Shown piece by piece: positions 1 through 12,264 of a DNA stretch of 64,000 bases. The stretch is from contig OX597832.1 in assembly GCA_951406725.2 (NCBI GenBank), positions 18,476,001 through 18,540,000 of the forward strand. The letters are read 5' to 3'. Position 1 is the stretch's first letter. Each line of letters opens with the position of its first letter. Source of the stretch: Octopus vulgaris (taxonomy: Eukaryota). The notes beneath the pieces are model-generated. The model made no database searches and was not told the DNA's origin. It saw nothing but the letters and a program-made list of their open reading frames with translations. A program made the translations under genes and the position numbers.

Positions 1-193
1 ACAGAGCTGGTTTCTATGGCACGTCACCTGACTTGATAAATAGCCTTTTTTCTTGTATATAAAGGCAAAATCTTTGGAGATTTTTCTATTCATTTTATTT
101 CTTTTCTCTTCCTTGTTTCACTCCTAGATTTGAGGTCTTGCTGGGGCAAATCCTTGAAGATTCTGAGTCGAACAAACCGGTTCTAGTTATTAT

Positions 194-576
194 GGGATGG
201 AAGCACTCCGTCGGTTACGACGACGAGGGTTCCGGTTGATCCGATCAACGGAACAGCCTGCTCGTGAAATTAACGTGTAAGTGGCTGAGCACTCCACAGA
301 CACGTGTACCCTTAACGTAGTTCTCGGGGATATTCAGCGTGACACAGAGAGTGACAAGGCCGGCCCTTTGAAATACAGGTACAACAGAAACAGGAAGTAA
401 GAGTGAGAGAAAGTTGTGGTGAAAGAGTACAGCAGGGATCACCACCATCTCTGCCGGAGCCTCGTGGGGCTTTAGGTGTTTTCGCTCAATAAACACTCAC
501 AACGGTCTGGGAATCGAGACCGCGATCCTACGACCGCGAGTCCGCTGCCCTAACCACTGGACCATTGCGCCTCCAC
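194..576 (-). mobile_element. tRNA-derived SINE, family A (OR-like octopus SINE), full length
   Basis: Minus strand has a tRNA-like head with A box (TGGTCCAGTGG) and B-box-like GGTCTCGATTCC. It is highly similar to the copies at 4423 and 5220. Perfect 12-bp TSD TCTAGTTATTAT at 182-193 and 577-588. Confidence 0.92.
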
Positions 577-1845
577 TCTAGTTATTATATTTATGCTTGG
601 TAAGTATTCGGTCGTTCTTGTTTTATAAATTACTAGGACACGAGGACGTAATCAAATCAACACGTAATAACCAGCGGTGGCAGGTACAAACAGACAACCC
701 GCTCTCGCGCATGCACACGTACTTCAACACATCTTCTGTCAAGCTAATGCACTTACAAGATTTTAGAAAGCACACGCAGAAGTGCGTTGCTAAGATTCTC
801 GTTAGATATCGTTGCATTGTTTGTACGAGTTTTATATACCACAACTTCTGAAATATCAAAGGCAACAGAAAACAAGAGTGGGGACACTTTTTAGTGCAGC
901 GGGCAAACATTTACAAACAAAAAAGGATCGAGGTGGGATCACGAGTTCTAACTTTTATATATGTGTAAATATTTTATAGATGTATGTATAATTCGATATA
1001 CATTAATAAAGATAAGTTAACATGTTAAATTAACACGAAACATCTGCATTAACGCCGCCACTGAATTTAGAACGTTTATATTACTGATGGGGTATTCTAT
1101 ACTTTTCGACTTCTGTGTAGTTGTGACTCAAGGGGAATATGTGTTTTATAGTGAAAAAATAAATTCCATTCAAATGGCAATTACCGACGATTTTCTGTTC
1201 GAGTCTAACCGTCTGAAGCCGTAGTGGAAACACGACCTATGTCGCAAAGAGTTATACGAATATTGTATAAATTTTATAATTGAAAAATTTACTATATTTT
1301 GTACATACGAGTATGGCAGCTTGCAGGCGAAATAAAATGGGTTTGCAGGCGCAATTATACCCGCAGGTAGGGAATTTTCCCACTCCTGATCTAAAGCAAT
1401 GACGATGCAGTTACATTAAATGAACATCTGTGCTTGATTCTTCAGAATCGTCCGGGCCATGAAGCAATGAATGGCAAGTATATGAACTCAACAGGATTTT
1501 AACAAAAAGTAATAACATTATATTCTTGAAATGTTTTCATTTGGCATTTTCATCAATTTCATTTCCAGTTGCATCTGATTCTAATTTCGATGCGAATCCA
1601 CATATTTCTTGAAAAGTATTCATATATCCAAGTAATTGAGTATCATCATTTCATCCGTTTGAAATCAGATGTTAAACACATAGTAATCGTGTTGACCCAG
1701 CATTAACGTAAATGCTAAAATTGATTTGTCATAAGCATATGAACATTTAAAAAGAAGCAATCGGATATATCAATTTTAGTTTTTACCGATATATCTGTTA
1801 ACGAACTCGTGATGGCGAATATATCAAATTTGTAATTTCACTTAC

Positions 1846-2088
1846 TAGAATCATAATGGTATCTGTCGAATTTTGAATGTAATGAGGCTAGGAAGTAAAC
1901 GTGATTGTTAGCACACTTTCTATGCTGTTGTGAATGAGATTAAATGGTTAAGTTAGAGAGGATATTTTTTCTTTAATGTGGTACTCAACACAAGGAAACG
2001 ATACACGTACCTCAATTTTCTCAGCATTCTTTCCAATTCTCATCAAATTACACAGATATTGACAGATAGATCGCACTTCTGTATACAT
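1846..2088 (-). other. Candidate two small exons (2088-2011 and 1887-1846) of an unidentified, possibly decayed gene
   Basis: ATG at 2088 opens MYTEVRSICQYLCNLMRIGKNAEKIE, ending at GAG|GTACGT. A 123-bp intron has a CTAAC branch point and TTTACTTCCTAG acceptor. A 42-bp exon PHYIQNSTDTIMIL ends at |GTAAGT in the same phase. The downstream continuation is not open. Confidence 0.25.
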
Positions 2089-2443
2089 TTATCAAGAAAT
2101 GGGAATCAAGGATATAGCTATAAGTGGTGATCAAATTGCGATTCAATGATGATGGTATAGCATGGTTGCATCAAACATTTCGCTGCAACATGATAAATAT
2201 GTCTTATTCAAGCATTCAGTCAAGTGTTGATTCATTCAATTGAGAATAAGAACATTCACAGATGTCCTTGTGTTGGTCAAGTTGTGTACTTCAGTATTTC
2301 ACCAGGAAAATAGATACTCATCAACCAATACTTAAACTACAACATTGGCAAAGACAGAAGCACAGGAGATACGCTAGCAGCAAAAAGAAGTCCACACGCA
2401 CCTCATCCCCCGGAAGTATATAAAATGAACATTAAAAGAACTA

Positions 2444-2697
2444 TGACGGGGTACTGAAAAGTTTCTGGCTTTAAGGCTGTCGAGAACGGCTCGGGTGGGT
2501 GCCCAAACTTCCGAGTACTTTTATAGGGTGTAGAAAACTGAAGGAAAGCTGCAATACGTGTGTGAATATGTATATAACAGTTGCATTTTTTAATAAAGTC
2601 ATTATATGAAAGATGAATTTGTTTAATAATGTCATAATTAACTGATTGTCCTGTACTGTCTTTTACCCCAAACCAGGATATTTCCAGTACTCGCTCG
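2444..2697. mobile_element. Non-autonomous mariner-type element (MITE)
   Basis: Imperfect TIRs (GGGGTACTGAAAAGTTTCTGG / CCAGGATATTTCCAGTACTCGCTCG) flanked by TA. The interior resembles a mariner transposase C-terminus. A related copy is at ~24377-24594. Confidence 0.6.
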
Positions 2698-3038
2698 TAC
2701 ATCAACAAGATTACCGAGCTAAAGATGAAACCGAACCAACCAGAACAACATCATTCATGCATACATCACCAGCTGCCTCCACCTATGATTACTTTAATGT
2801 AAAGAGATATACATCGTAGGAGAAATTGGCGCGGGTGACATATATTCATGAAATTATTTTGAAAACAATACCAACATAGTTTTTAACAATAAATTCTTAA
2901 TCGACGTGGGAATTTTCAAGAAAATTGCAAACAAAAGGTTTTGGAATATGTTATTCAATAAAATACTTTCATTCATGAAAAACCGTGTCACTCGTATTTA
3001 GAGAACGAATTATTTTAAGTGCACTTGGAGTGAGTGTA

Positions 3039-3254
3039 CTGTAATCCTTCACCATATCGCGGTTCACTTATCGCGGTTTATTATTCAAGCTTACGTCGAT
3101 TCTTCCGTGATGTTGTTTTGCATATATAATAAAATAAATATATTGAAATTACAAAACTAGTTAAAAACATATGCAGTACCTCTCTAATTCACGAGTTGTC
3201 ATCTATCGAGGGGTGTTCAACAACGTAATGCCCGCGATAATCGAAGCATTGCTG
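3039..3254. mobile_element. Tigger/pogo-like MITE
   Basis: TA-flanked imperfect TIRs CTGTAATCCTTCACCATATCGCGG / CCGCGATAATCGAAGCATTGCTG. Confidence 0.6.
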
Positions 3255-3399
3255 TAAGTAGGGAAAATTGTGTAAATACAAGTGATTTAGGTGTGCCTTC
3301 CATGAAAGTTGATTCTCATAAACCGTCATATATGAACACGTAGCAAATGTTACGGAAAGGTTTTGCGCGTTTCATCAGGTATTTTACAATGTAGCTCCC

Positions 3400-3812
3400 A
3401 CTGAGCTCAAATTCCACCGAGGTCAATTTTGCCTTTCATCCTTTCTGGGTTGATAAATTAAGTACCAGTTGCGTACTGGAATCGATCTAATCGACTGAGC
3501 CCCCTCTCCAAAAATTTTGGGCCTTGTACCTAGAGTAGAAAAAAATATAGACGTCTCCCTTGGTCATTGACTGGTTAATTTTCCACTAAAAATGGCTGGT
3601 CTTGTGCCTAAACCAACACTCATTATCAATCTTATTTTCATTCTTCTCTAGCATGTCGGACGAAACGCTTAGCGGTAATTTGTCAGCCTGGGTCGTCTTT
3701 GCCTTTCATCATTTCGGGGTCTATTAAATAAGTACCAGTTACGCACTGGGTCGATGTAAACGACTTAATCGTTTCCCCCCATATTTGAGGCTATATGCTT
3801 CCAGTAGAAATG
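3400..3812 (+). mobile_element. Two partial Nin/Deu-domain SINE copies (family N)
   Basis: Both show the GCCTTTCATC..GGG.TGATAAA.TAAGTACCAGTT.CG.ACTGG core that recurs throughout the window. Confidence 0.75.
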
Positions 3813-3820
3813 ATTATTAA

Positions 3821-4010
3821 TTACCTCCGCCTTACCAGAAGGCTGTGGTATTATTTTCTGTCCTGTTTGTTTATCAGTGGACAAGATATCCCAAGAACCG
3901 CTGGATAGATTGGGATGAAATTTTCAGAGATGTTTGGCTTCATAAGTGGCACAAACGGATTAGAATTTGGGATCGGTCCGGTACAGGACAAGGATACTGG
4001 GTTATTTGTT
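3821..4010 (+). mobile_element. DINE-1/HINE-like (Helentron-associated) non-autonomous element, 5' part
   Basis: Starts TTACCTCCGCCTT..AAGGCTGTGGTA (terminal hairpin), then a TGTTTGTT tract and GGATGAAATTTTCAG. It shares GGGATCG.TC.GGTAC..ACAAGGAT.CTG with 4938-4970. The class assignment is by structural analogy. Confidence 0.45.
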
Positions 4011-4422
4011 ATATTTACTTTACATTACAAAATTGCGATCTTACGTTGACTTTCAAGTCTATCTCAATTATCTCCCTGTAGGCTGTTTCCGAAGTTTTTT
4101 TTTTTCGTTTCATAATTATTAATTTTACTCGTGTCTCTATCTTAGTAGAGACTGATTGACAAACATATAAAACTGCATAAACAAACGGCAGCGAAACCGT
4201 TCAGAAATTTAATAACGCAAACATATTTTTATAATAAATGCATTTTATATTATACATTCATATTAACAATTTACAGTACAGTTACACATATACATACAAC
4301 GCTCTAAAACAACAGGAAAGTTAAGAGGAAGGCTGGAACTTATGGGAAGAGAAAACCGAAAGGTCTCATGCTATTCATTTAAAATTTCCTGAGTAGAACT
4401 TATCATTATTACCTCCGCCATT

Positions 4423-4811
4423 GTGGAGGCGCAATGGCCCAGTGGTTAGGGCAGCGGACTCGCGGTCATAGGATCGCGGTCTCGATTTCCCAGACCGGGC
4501 GTTGTGAGTGTTTATTGAGCGAAAACACCTAAAAGCTCCACGAGGCTCCGGCAGGGGATGGTGGTGATCCCTGCTGTACTCTTTCACCACAACTTTCTCT
4601 CACTCTTACTTCCTGTTTCTGTTGTACCTGTATTTCAAGGGCCGGCCTTGTCACTCTATGTGTCACGCTGAATATCCCCGAGAACTACGTTAAGGGTGCA
4701 CGTGTCTGTGGAGTGCTCAGCCACTTACACATTAATTTCACGAGCAAGCTGTTCCGTTGATTCGGATCAACCAGAACCCTCATCGTCGTAACCTACGGAG
4801 TGCTTCCATCC
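4423..4811 (+). mobile_element. tRNA-derived SINE, family A, full length, inserted into a HINE-like element
   Basis: tRNA-like head GGAGGCGCAATGGCCCAGTGGTTAGGGCAGCGGACTCG. TSD ACCTCCGCCATT at 4411-4422 and 4812-4823. Confidence 0.92.
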
Positions 4812-5188
4812 ACCTCCGCCATTGAAACTATTGTGAATGGCGGATTTGTTAACTTTGGCTTGTATTAGATAAGGATAAACTATTTATTATTATTATTGCA
4901 TTTTCTACAGCCACCTTCGCATTCCATGACTACAATTGGGATCGATCAGGTACCCAACAAGGATTCTGAATTATTTTACCGTTTTTTTACTTAATTTTTG
5001 AGAGCGGTCTTGTTCATTTTTAGCATTCTCATTTGCGAGAACGGTCGAATTTATGTTGGATATTCTCATTTTAAAAATCATCGTTGGCTAATCGTTGAAA
5101 GGGCGTTGATGTTACTTTGAAGGAGACTTGCACTCTCTGAGTCCTCTTGTTTTTACTACTACTCTTCTTCTTCTTCTTCTTCTTCTTC

Positions 5189-5219
<31 letters not shown>
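4812..5219 (+). mobile_element. HINE-like element body plus (CTT)n(ATT)n tract
   Basis: Hairpin CCGCCATT..AATGGCGG. 3' end GGAGACTTGCACTCTCTGAGTCCTCTTGTTT. Duplicated at 5608-6046. Confidence 0.5.
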
Positions 5220-5220
<1 letters not shown>

Positions 5221-5957
5221 GGAGGCGCAATGGCCCAGTGGTTAGGGCAGCGGACTCGCGGTCATAGGATCGCGGTTTCGATTCCCAAACCGGGCGTTGT
5301 GAGTGTTTATTGAGCGAAAACACCTAAAGCTCCACGAGGCTCCGGCAGGGGATGGTGGTGATCCCTGCTGTACTCTTTCACCACAACTTTCTCTCACTCT
5401 TAATTCCTGCTTCTGTTGTACCTGTATTTCAAAGGGCCGGCCTTGTCACTCTCTGTGTCACGCTGAATATCCCCGAGAACTACGTTAAGGGTACACGTGT
5501 CTGTGGAGTGCTCGGCCACTTACACGTTAATTTCACGAGCAGGCTGTTCCGTTGATTCGGATCAACCGGAACCCTCATCGTCGTGACCGACGGAGTGCTT
5601 CCATCCACCTCCGCCATTGAAACTAATTTGAATGGCGGATTTGTTAACTTTGGCTTGTATTAGATAAGGATAAACTATTTATTATTATTATTATTGAATT
5701 TTCTACAGCCACCTTCGCATTCCATGTCTACCATTGTGATCATTCAGGTACCCGACAAGAATTCTGAATCATTTTACCGTTTTTTTTTACTTAATTTTTG
5801 AGAGCGGTCGTGTTCATTTTTAGCATTCTCATTTGCGAGAACAGTCGAATTTATGTTGGATATTCTCATTTTAAAAATCATCGTTTGCTAATCGTTGAAA
5901 GGGCGTTGATGTTACCTTGAAGGAGACTTGCGCACTCTGAGTCCTCTTGTTTTTACT

Positions 5958-6046
<89 letters not shown>
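5220..6046 (+). repeat. Second unit of an ~800-bp diverged tandem duplication (SINE A 5220-5607 + HINE-like body + microsatellite tail)
   Basis: Colinear with 4424-5219, with scattered substitutions and small indels. Lacks the 5' TSD. Confidence 0.9.
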
Positions 6047-6047
<1 letters not shown>

Positions 6048-6082
6048 ATTTTTATTCATGTTATCAATATTGTTGTTGTCGA

Positions 6083-6305
6083 AGGCGGCGAGCTGGCAGT
6101 GTTGATAGCACGCCGGGAAAAATATCTGACGTAATTTTACTCCTCCTTGCATTCTGAGCATGATTTTGCACATTCGGCCGAGATCGAGTTTGCGTGTCTT
6201 CCTTTCAGGGTCGATAAAATAAGCACCATTTGAACACTGATGGGCCAATGTAATCGACTTATCCCTCTTCAAAAATGGTGGCCTCGCAAAAAAAATTTGA
6301 AACCG
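6083..6305 (+). mobile_element. Nin/Deu-domain SINE (family N)
   Basis: GGCGGCGAGCTGGCAG head and CCTTTCAGGGTCGATAAAATAAGCACC core. Confidence 0.75.
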
Positions 6306-7459
6306 TTAATTTAAGACATATGGTATATTCGGCAACACATCATTTTTTGGTCTTTTGCTATTTAGTTTTCAAACAATTTTACTGACTAGCAGCAGTAAAT
6401 CTTGTTAGTTTTGTACATTGCTTATAATAGGGAAGATAGAGAGTTGTAAGAGGATTAATGTTTACTACGTTTCTTCCCAATTTGTTCAGCTCACACAACA
6501 CTTATTCCCTCTTTCATTCCTTATTTTATTCCACACCATATTTCATTAATTCCGCCTCCATATTTAATACTATTTGTTCGCATTATTTTATATCAGTTTG
6601 CTTGACAATGTTGTTATTACTATCTTGATGTGACCAAATATTCGTTGTTATTATTATTATTTATGCTTCTATTGTTGTTGTTGATCATTTAGTTCTGGCT
6701 TCGTTGTATTAGTTGTTGCTGTTGTTGTTGTTGTTGTCGTTGTTAGTGGTGTTGGTGATGTAGTTCTTTTCCTGTTGATGCTGATGTCGTTATTGCTTCT
6801 ACTCCGGCTGGTTTCTCTCGAGCTATTACATTCTATATCAATCATGATTTGAATGATTTTAAACCATGATGGAGTTAAGCCAATATGAACCCTTGATCTT
6901 CACAATCTAATCAATCATAATCAAGAAATATTTGCCGTTTGCATACAAAACTTTCTCCGGACATCCAATACTGGTAAAGTTAACAAGAGAGAAGAGAGGA
7001 AGAAACAAACAGAAAAACAGAAAAATACAGAGAATATATGACAAAAAGACACACAATAATAATAATAAATAACACATAAAATAAAATAAGTGAGAAATAT
7101 GTTGGAATAAAAAAAAATATTTGTGTATTTCCTTCTCCGGGCAGCAGTAATAGCTAAGAAATGTCAAAAGGTGGTGTTGTTAACTGACTTTAAAAAAATA
7201 AAAGAGAAAGAAAATAAACAAACGAACGAATGAATGAGTGAATAGATATATGAACAAGAATAAGGGAAGGAAATACGGAGAAGCCATTTTTTTCTCGTTA
7301 GTATTGTAAACACTAGGCCTATACATACATGCAAACAAACATACACAGATAGATATATATATACGCATACACATATACATTATGATGATTTTCCGTATGT
7401 TTTTTTTAACAGATTTTAGCCAGAAATATTCAAGAAAAACCCACCGCACACACAAATAT

Positions 7460-7575
7460 ATATGTGTGTGTGTGTGTGTGTGAGTGTGTGTGTGAGAGTG
7501 TGTGTGAGTGTGTGTGTGTGTCTGTGTGTCTGTGTGCGTGTGTGCGTGTGTGTTTGTATTTGTGTGTGTGTGTGT
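7460..7575. repeat. (TG)n microsatellite
   Basis: Direct inspection. Confidence 0.95.
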
Positions 7576-7911
7576 ATCTACAAATTTTTATGTGTGAAAA
7601 TATACTACATCCTAATTTCAGTAATACTTCGAAGGAGAGGTGCAGTAATCAATCGTCTTAGTTAAATTACTTACATATTTACTACATTGTCTATATGTAT
7701 TTTAACGAAAGATAAATTTTAGTGGTTAGCAATGAAAGAAATAATATAACAATACTTGTATATAAGACGGTTCAAACTACTTTTCAAATTGTTTTCTTTA
7801 AAAAACGCTACGATTTTTATGGGATCATAGGAAAAATTAAATTGTAAGGAAATTCACATATAGAAACGAAATCAGAAATACTATCAACATCTTCTGTATG
7901 ATGGCACAATC

Positions 7912-8060
7912 GTAGTTGTGGTGATAGCAAATTTGGTTTTCAACCACGGTGATCTGGTTTCAGTCCTACCGTGTTGCACATTCAATGTCTTTTGCCATAG
8001 CCTTAAGACGGGATCTCGTGGACGGAATTTGAAAGGGAGGAGAGCCTTCGCATATACATA
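7912..8060 (+). mobile_element. Decayed 5' half of the CORE-like SINE (family C)
   Basis: Degenerate match to 12540-12700 (CAACCAC..GGTTTCAGTCCTAC..GACGGAA..GAAAG..GCC). Confidence 0.5.
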
Positions 8061-8062
8061 TA

Positions 8063-8583
8063 CCGTAAATCCTCGAGTATAATCCGCATTTTCTCACAAA
8101 ATTTAAAGGTCAAAAACCGTAGTGCGTACTATATACGAGGTTAAAAATGAAAAATATTTTATAAGCAATGTCCGAGTCTCTATTTGCTGTCCTGCAATGT
8201 TTATTCAGGCGCATTTTGTGATGCCGGGTGCGAAAACACCTTAAACTAAGCCTGAAAGCAATGAAGTCATAAAAGAATTATCCATAACTTGCAGTAAACA
8301 ATATTTATTAAAATAAAAGTATTCAGAACACAGAATAACATGTCACAAAAACAATTTGCAAACATATTTACATTCCCATATAACAGTTAAGAAAATCACC
8401 ATTATTGTATTACGCATGCGCGGAAGTGTTTCTTCGACTAGGTGCTGCTGGCTTAATTACGCACGACCCAAGTTAGAGAAAGGGTGCGTATTATGCACAA
8501 TATTTAGGTTTTCCAGAGGTACAGTCCCCTCAAAATCCCTTGCGCATTATGCCCGAGGGCGAACTATAATCAAGGATTTACGT
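8063..8583. mobile_element. Tc1/pogo-type MITE
   Basis: TA-flanked ~25-bp TIRs CCGTAAATCCTCGAGTATAATCCGC / GCGAACTATAATCAAGGATTTACGT. Subterminal repeats TGCG.A.TAT at ~8123, ~8485 and ~8541. Confidence 0.8.
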
Positions 8584-8590
8584 TATATAA

Positions 8591-8649
<59 letters not shown>

Positions 8650-8808
8650 GTAAATCATATATCCCACAAGGAAGCACATTGTAAGTAATATAGCAGTAGA
8701 GTATATTGATAAGGTCAGATATGGCCGGCCTATGGGTTTACTCTGGATTTCAGCCCCATCAGAATAACCCTATACTCCGGCCATATCTATCTGTATCTAT
8801 CTATTTAA

Positions 8809-8881
<73 letters not shown>

Positions 8882-9332
8882 CAGTTGTATATATGTGTAT
8901 ATGACTATATGTATGTTTATACGTATATTCTATATATATATATATGTATATATATAAATTTATATATGTACATATACGTGTGTGTTCGCATGTGTACGTG
9001 CGTGCGTCTGTCTGTCTGTCTACATGCGTGAGTATGCGCTTTTGGTTAAAAGATGTTCGTTTGTCTTAAGCCCTCTTAAATTAACGGCCCGAGAAAACAA
9101 AATGGTACAATATATTCTATAGTTTGCTCTTTATTCTAAAATTTCAAGACATTCCTCCAGCATGGCCGAAGTTCTAAGACTTAAACAAAAAAATAAACTA
9201 AAAAATGCTATTTTCTTCTGTATTGTCTAAATGAACGCCACTTTTAGATAATTTTTTTTGTTTTCTACCTACAAGCCCAAATACTAGCTGATGGGAGAAA
9301 ACCCAAGATGTTTATTCCAAGAATATGTTATA

Positions 9333-9366
<34 letters not shown>

Positions 9367-10329
9367 GCACTTGGGGGGATCGTGTGTGCGTGTATGACAA
9401 ACCATGTATATATATGTATATATATATATTTGTATAACCACTGTATTAGTTTTACTATTATTCTTGTTATAATTACGAATTTCTTATCATTACTTATTTA
9501 CCATTACCACGAACACGCTTCGATCCCGTAACACATACATCGCATTGTGAGATGATGCCCTCAAAGGGACAGTACTAAATACTATATCCATGCTATTTAA
9601 TCCACCGCTCTCCGGTTATTCTACCGTCTCTGTCCTCACATTTCATTTAACGCATAAGACTCAGCCAAGTCAACCCACTACGACCATGACAAGCCACAAC
9701 AATGAGGACATCTGAATAATCATCATTATTTTCATTTCCATCATCCGAACTCCACCCTCTTATCAAGTGGCAATTTTTACTCATGACACCGTTTACTTCG
9801 GTGGCAATTAATATTTATTGTATTCATAAAATTCTTCTTCGCTATATCATCTAAAACTAACACTCCAGCGATCATCACCAACACATATACAACTGCATTC
9901 GTCGCCTTCACAATTACGTTCCTACAGTATTCACTAGAGGCCAGCGCTAATTTATAATTTGTCTTTCCTTCGCTTCATACTCCGCCATTACAGCTGTTCT
10001 TTCACGCAGATTACTATCGCTGCTACGACTCCTATATCACGAGGAGACTCTAAGTGGTCATACTACTTGCAAGAAATATTACCTAAATCTTAACATATAT
10101 CACATTTTCAATAAAGGAAAAGGTACCTTCTAAAATTTAGTCCTCTATGCTATTAAAAACATGGGATGTCTGAATGTTAAAGTGGGAGTGCTCAACTCGG
10201 ACAACACTAAGCTAGACTAAACGCCATTAAAATGGCCTCCACGTCTAATGTTAGTTTAATTATTGTATTGATAGCAATGATATTATTTATAATGCCAACA
10301 AAACAATGGCAACTCAAAAGGATAACCGA

Positions 10330-10592
10330 ATCTCATCATCTTCATCACCGGGTTGTGTTTGCTTGAATTCACATAACCTTGCTCCCAAAACTCAGGCGTC
10401 TCTATATTTCATGGCATGTCATATTTCCTATTGGTCACACATCTAGCGTCATCTTTGAAATGAATGATGTATGTCTTTGCAAGGCGACTAATGTGATTAC
10501 GACTGTGTCACGCTGTCCAAAATTGGGTACCACTAATCAGATCTTCCTTGGTTCTCTTGCAATATCCAACGAAGCGAACGCTTGTTTCTAAC
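10330..10592 (-). mobile_element. RTE-X-like LINE 3' fragment (decayed)
   Basis: Manual translation gives TSVRFVGYCKRTKEDLISGTQFWTA*HSRNHISRLAKTYI..AMKYRDA*. This matches the RTE-X C-terminal pattern as I recall it (RLRFAGHCxRSKxELISxxLLWTP..GRPAKTYI..AMxDRxxW). A (GAT)-like tail follows. Confidence 0.6.
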
Positions 10593-11544
10593 ATGGTGGT
10601 TACATTTTAGGAAAATTAATCCAAAATAACCCCGGGTATCATCAAGGATGATTCTCGGCGTTGATCCCAAGCTACGTTAAAATTTGGTACACAGCATTCG
10701 TGTGAAGGTGCAAACCAGTATTTTTACAAGCTTTCTGCTTAGTGTCAAGGAGGAAGAATGATATCAAATTTGATCATTATATGCAGAATTTACTTTCTGT
10801 TTTTCAATGAATTTAAATTTCCATAGTTCTTTTTTGCACTTTTCAAATGAAGCTTAAGCTTAGATGAAATACTGATCTTATGACAAGAAAAATAATCTAT
10901 TTTTGTCAATGAAGATTTTAATAAAATAAATTAAGACAGAGTGAGAAAAATGTTCTTCCGTAAACTTTTAGAAAAAGCAGCTAAATCTGCCGACCGTGAG
11001 TTGCTGGACAATTGGAGAATGACTTCATGGGTTCCGCGGGGGCTTGTGGCTTCTTTTTGATCATAAGTTTGATCTATAATGGTCAACCGGTGTTTAAAAA
11101 ACATAAGCATAGCAGATCACTAGATAACAAAGTATATCTTCTACGTTATTTTTTGCTCTGCTAGAAAGAGTGGCCAAGTCTGGGTTTTAGGATACCTTCT
11201 TCTCTCTGTTTCAATAGCACGGAAGTCTCATAGACACCGATGAAGAGATTGGAATTGGCTGAGATTGGAAATGTGTGAGGAATTGATCATAGTTGGAAGG
11301 CTCCTGATTATTGATCTGTTCGATCCAAACTGACCTAGACTAAACTACAACAGCATTATTGACTGAAGCAGAAAATAGTATTTGTAGAAACAAAATCGTG
11401 TAGTGGATTTGACACTAGTTGCACTGCGATTATGGCTTTCTACAATTATATATGAAACCGAAACAAGTAGCGAAAACATGTTCGAATTTCTCAACTTACT
11501 CCTGCTTGAAATTGACGTTTATGTTAAATATCGGTTTCAAATAA

Positions 11545-11845
11545 GCGGCTAACTGGTGGAAATGTTATCACGATTCCATCGAGGTCGAAATTGCCTTTTA
11601 TCCACTCGGAGTCGATTGGATAAGTATCAGTTGAGCACTCTGGTCGATGTAATTAATTTACCCGCTCCCCAAAAATTACTGTCCTGGTGCTAAAAGTTTT
11701 AATGAATATTGGTTTCAAATTCTGACACAAATCCAGTAATTTTGAGGGAGGGGGCTAGTCAATTAGAGCGGCTCCATTGTTCAACTGGTATTTATTTTAT
11801 CAACTCAGAAATGATAACAGGCAAAGTAGACATCGGAGGCATTTG
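11545..11845. mobile_element. Two family-N SINE fragments in opposite orientation
   Basis: Plus-strand core at ~11575-11690, then a minus-strand core at ~11710-11840. Confidence 0.6.
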
Positions 11846-12264
11846 GTCTTAAAACTTATGCCTATTTTTGATATTGATATCGATATGTAATTCAGGGACA
11901 GGGCAACACGTTTTTGTTTAAATTTGTATCGATTTAATAGACTCCAGTGTTTATAGCTTTCAAGATGGTGAATTGTAAAAAGCATATGTGAAGAAAACAT
12001 ATTTTTGAATTCTTACACATAAAACTCAGGTAAAGCGCATTCCACTTGTCAAAGGAAGTCACCAGGTGTCATTGATCGACGTGGTGACGTATGAAAAGCA
12101 GACTTGGCCAATATCTATTATATGTATTCGGAAACGATCAGGTGTAGAGTTCATACCTTTGAGAGGCCTGAACTCTGAACGTAACCACACATAAATATAT
12201 ATCGCAAGTCTTCTTTCCCCCTACTCTATTCCAGAGTCTTTGTTATTAATATTATTTGTTATGT

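Noticed and set aside
245-496. Recurrent ORFs MFIERKHLK../MVVIPAVLFHH.. (also at 5303, 5352, 14053)
   Set aside because: They are translations of SINE family A copies, not a gene family.
880-1392. Possible hAT-like element ending ..CCCACTCCTG
   Set aside because: Only one plausible terminus; no partner TIR or TSD found.
4423-4500. tRNA-like sequences at SINE heads
   Set aside because: The cloverleaves are incomplete and embedded in TSD-flanked SINEs, so they are not called as tRNA genes.
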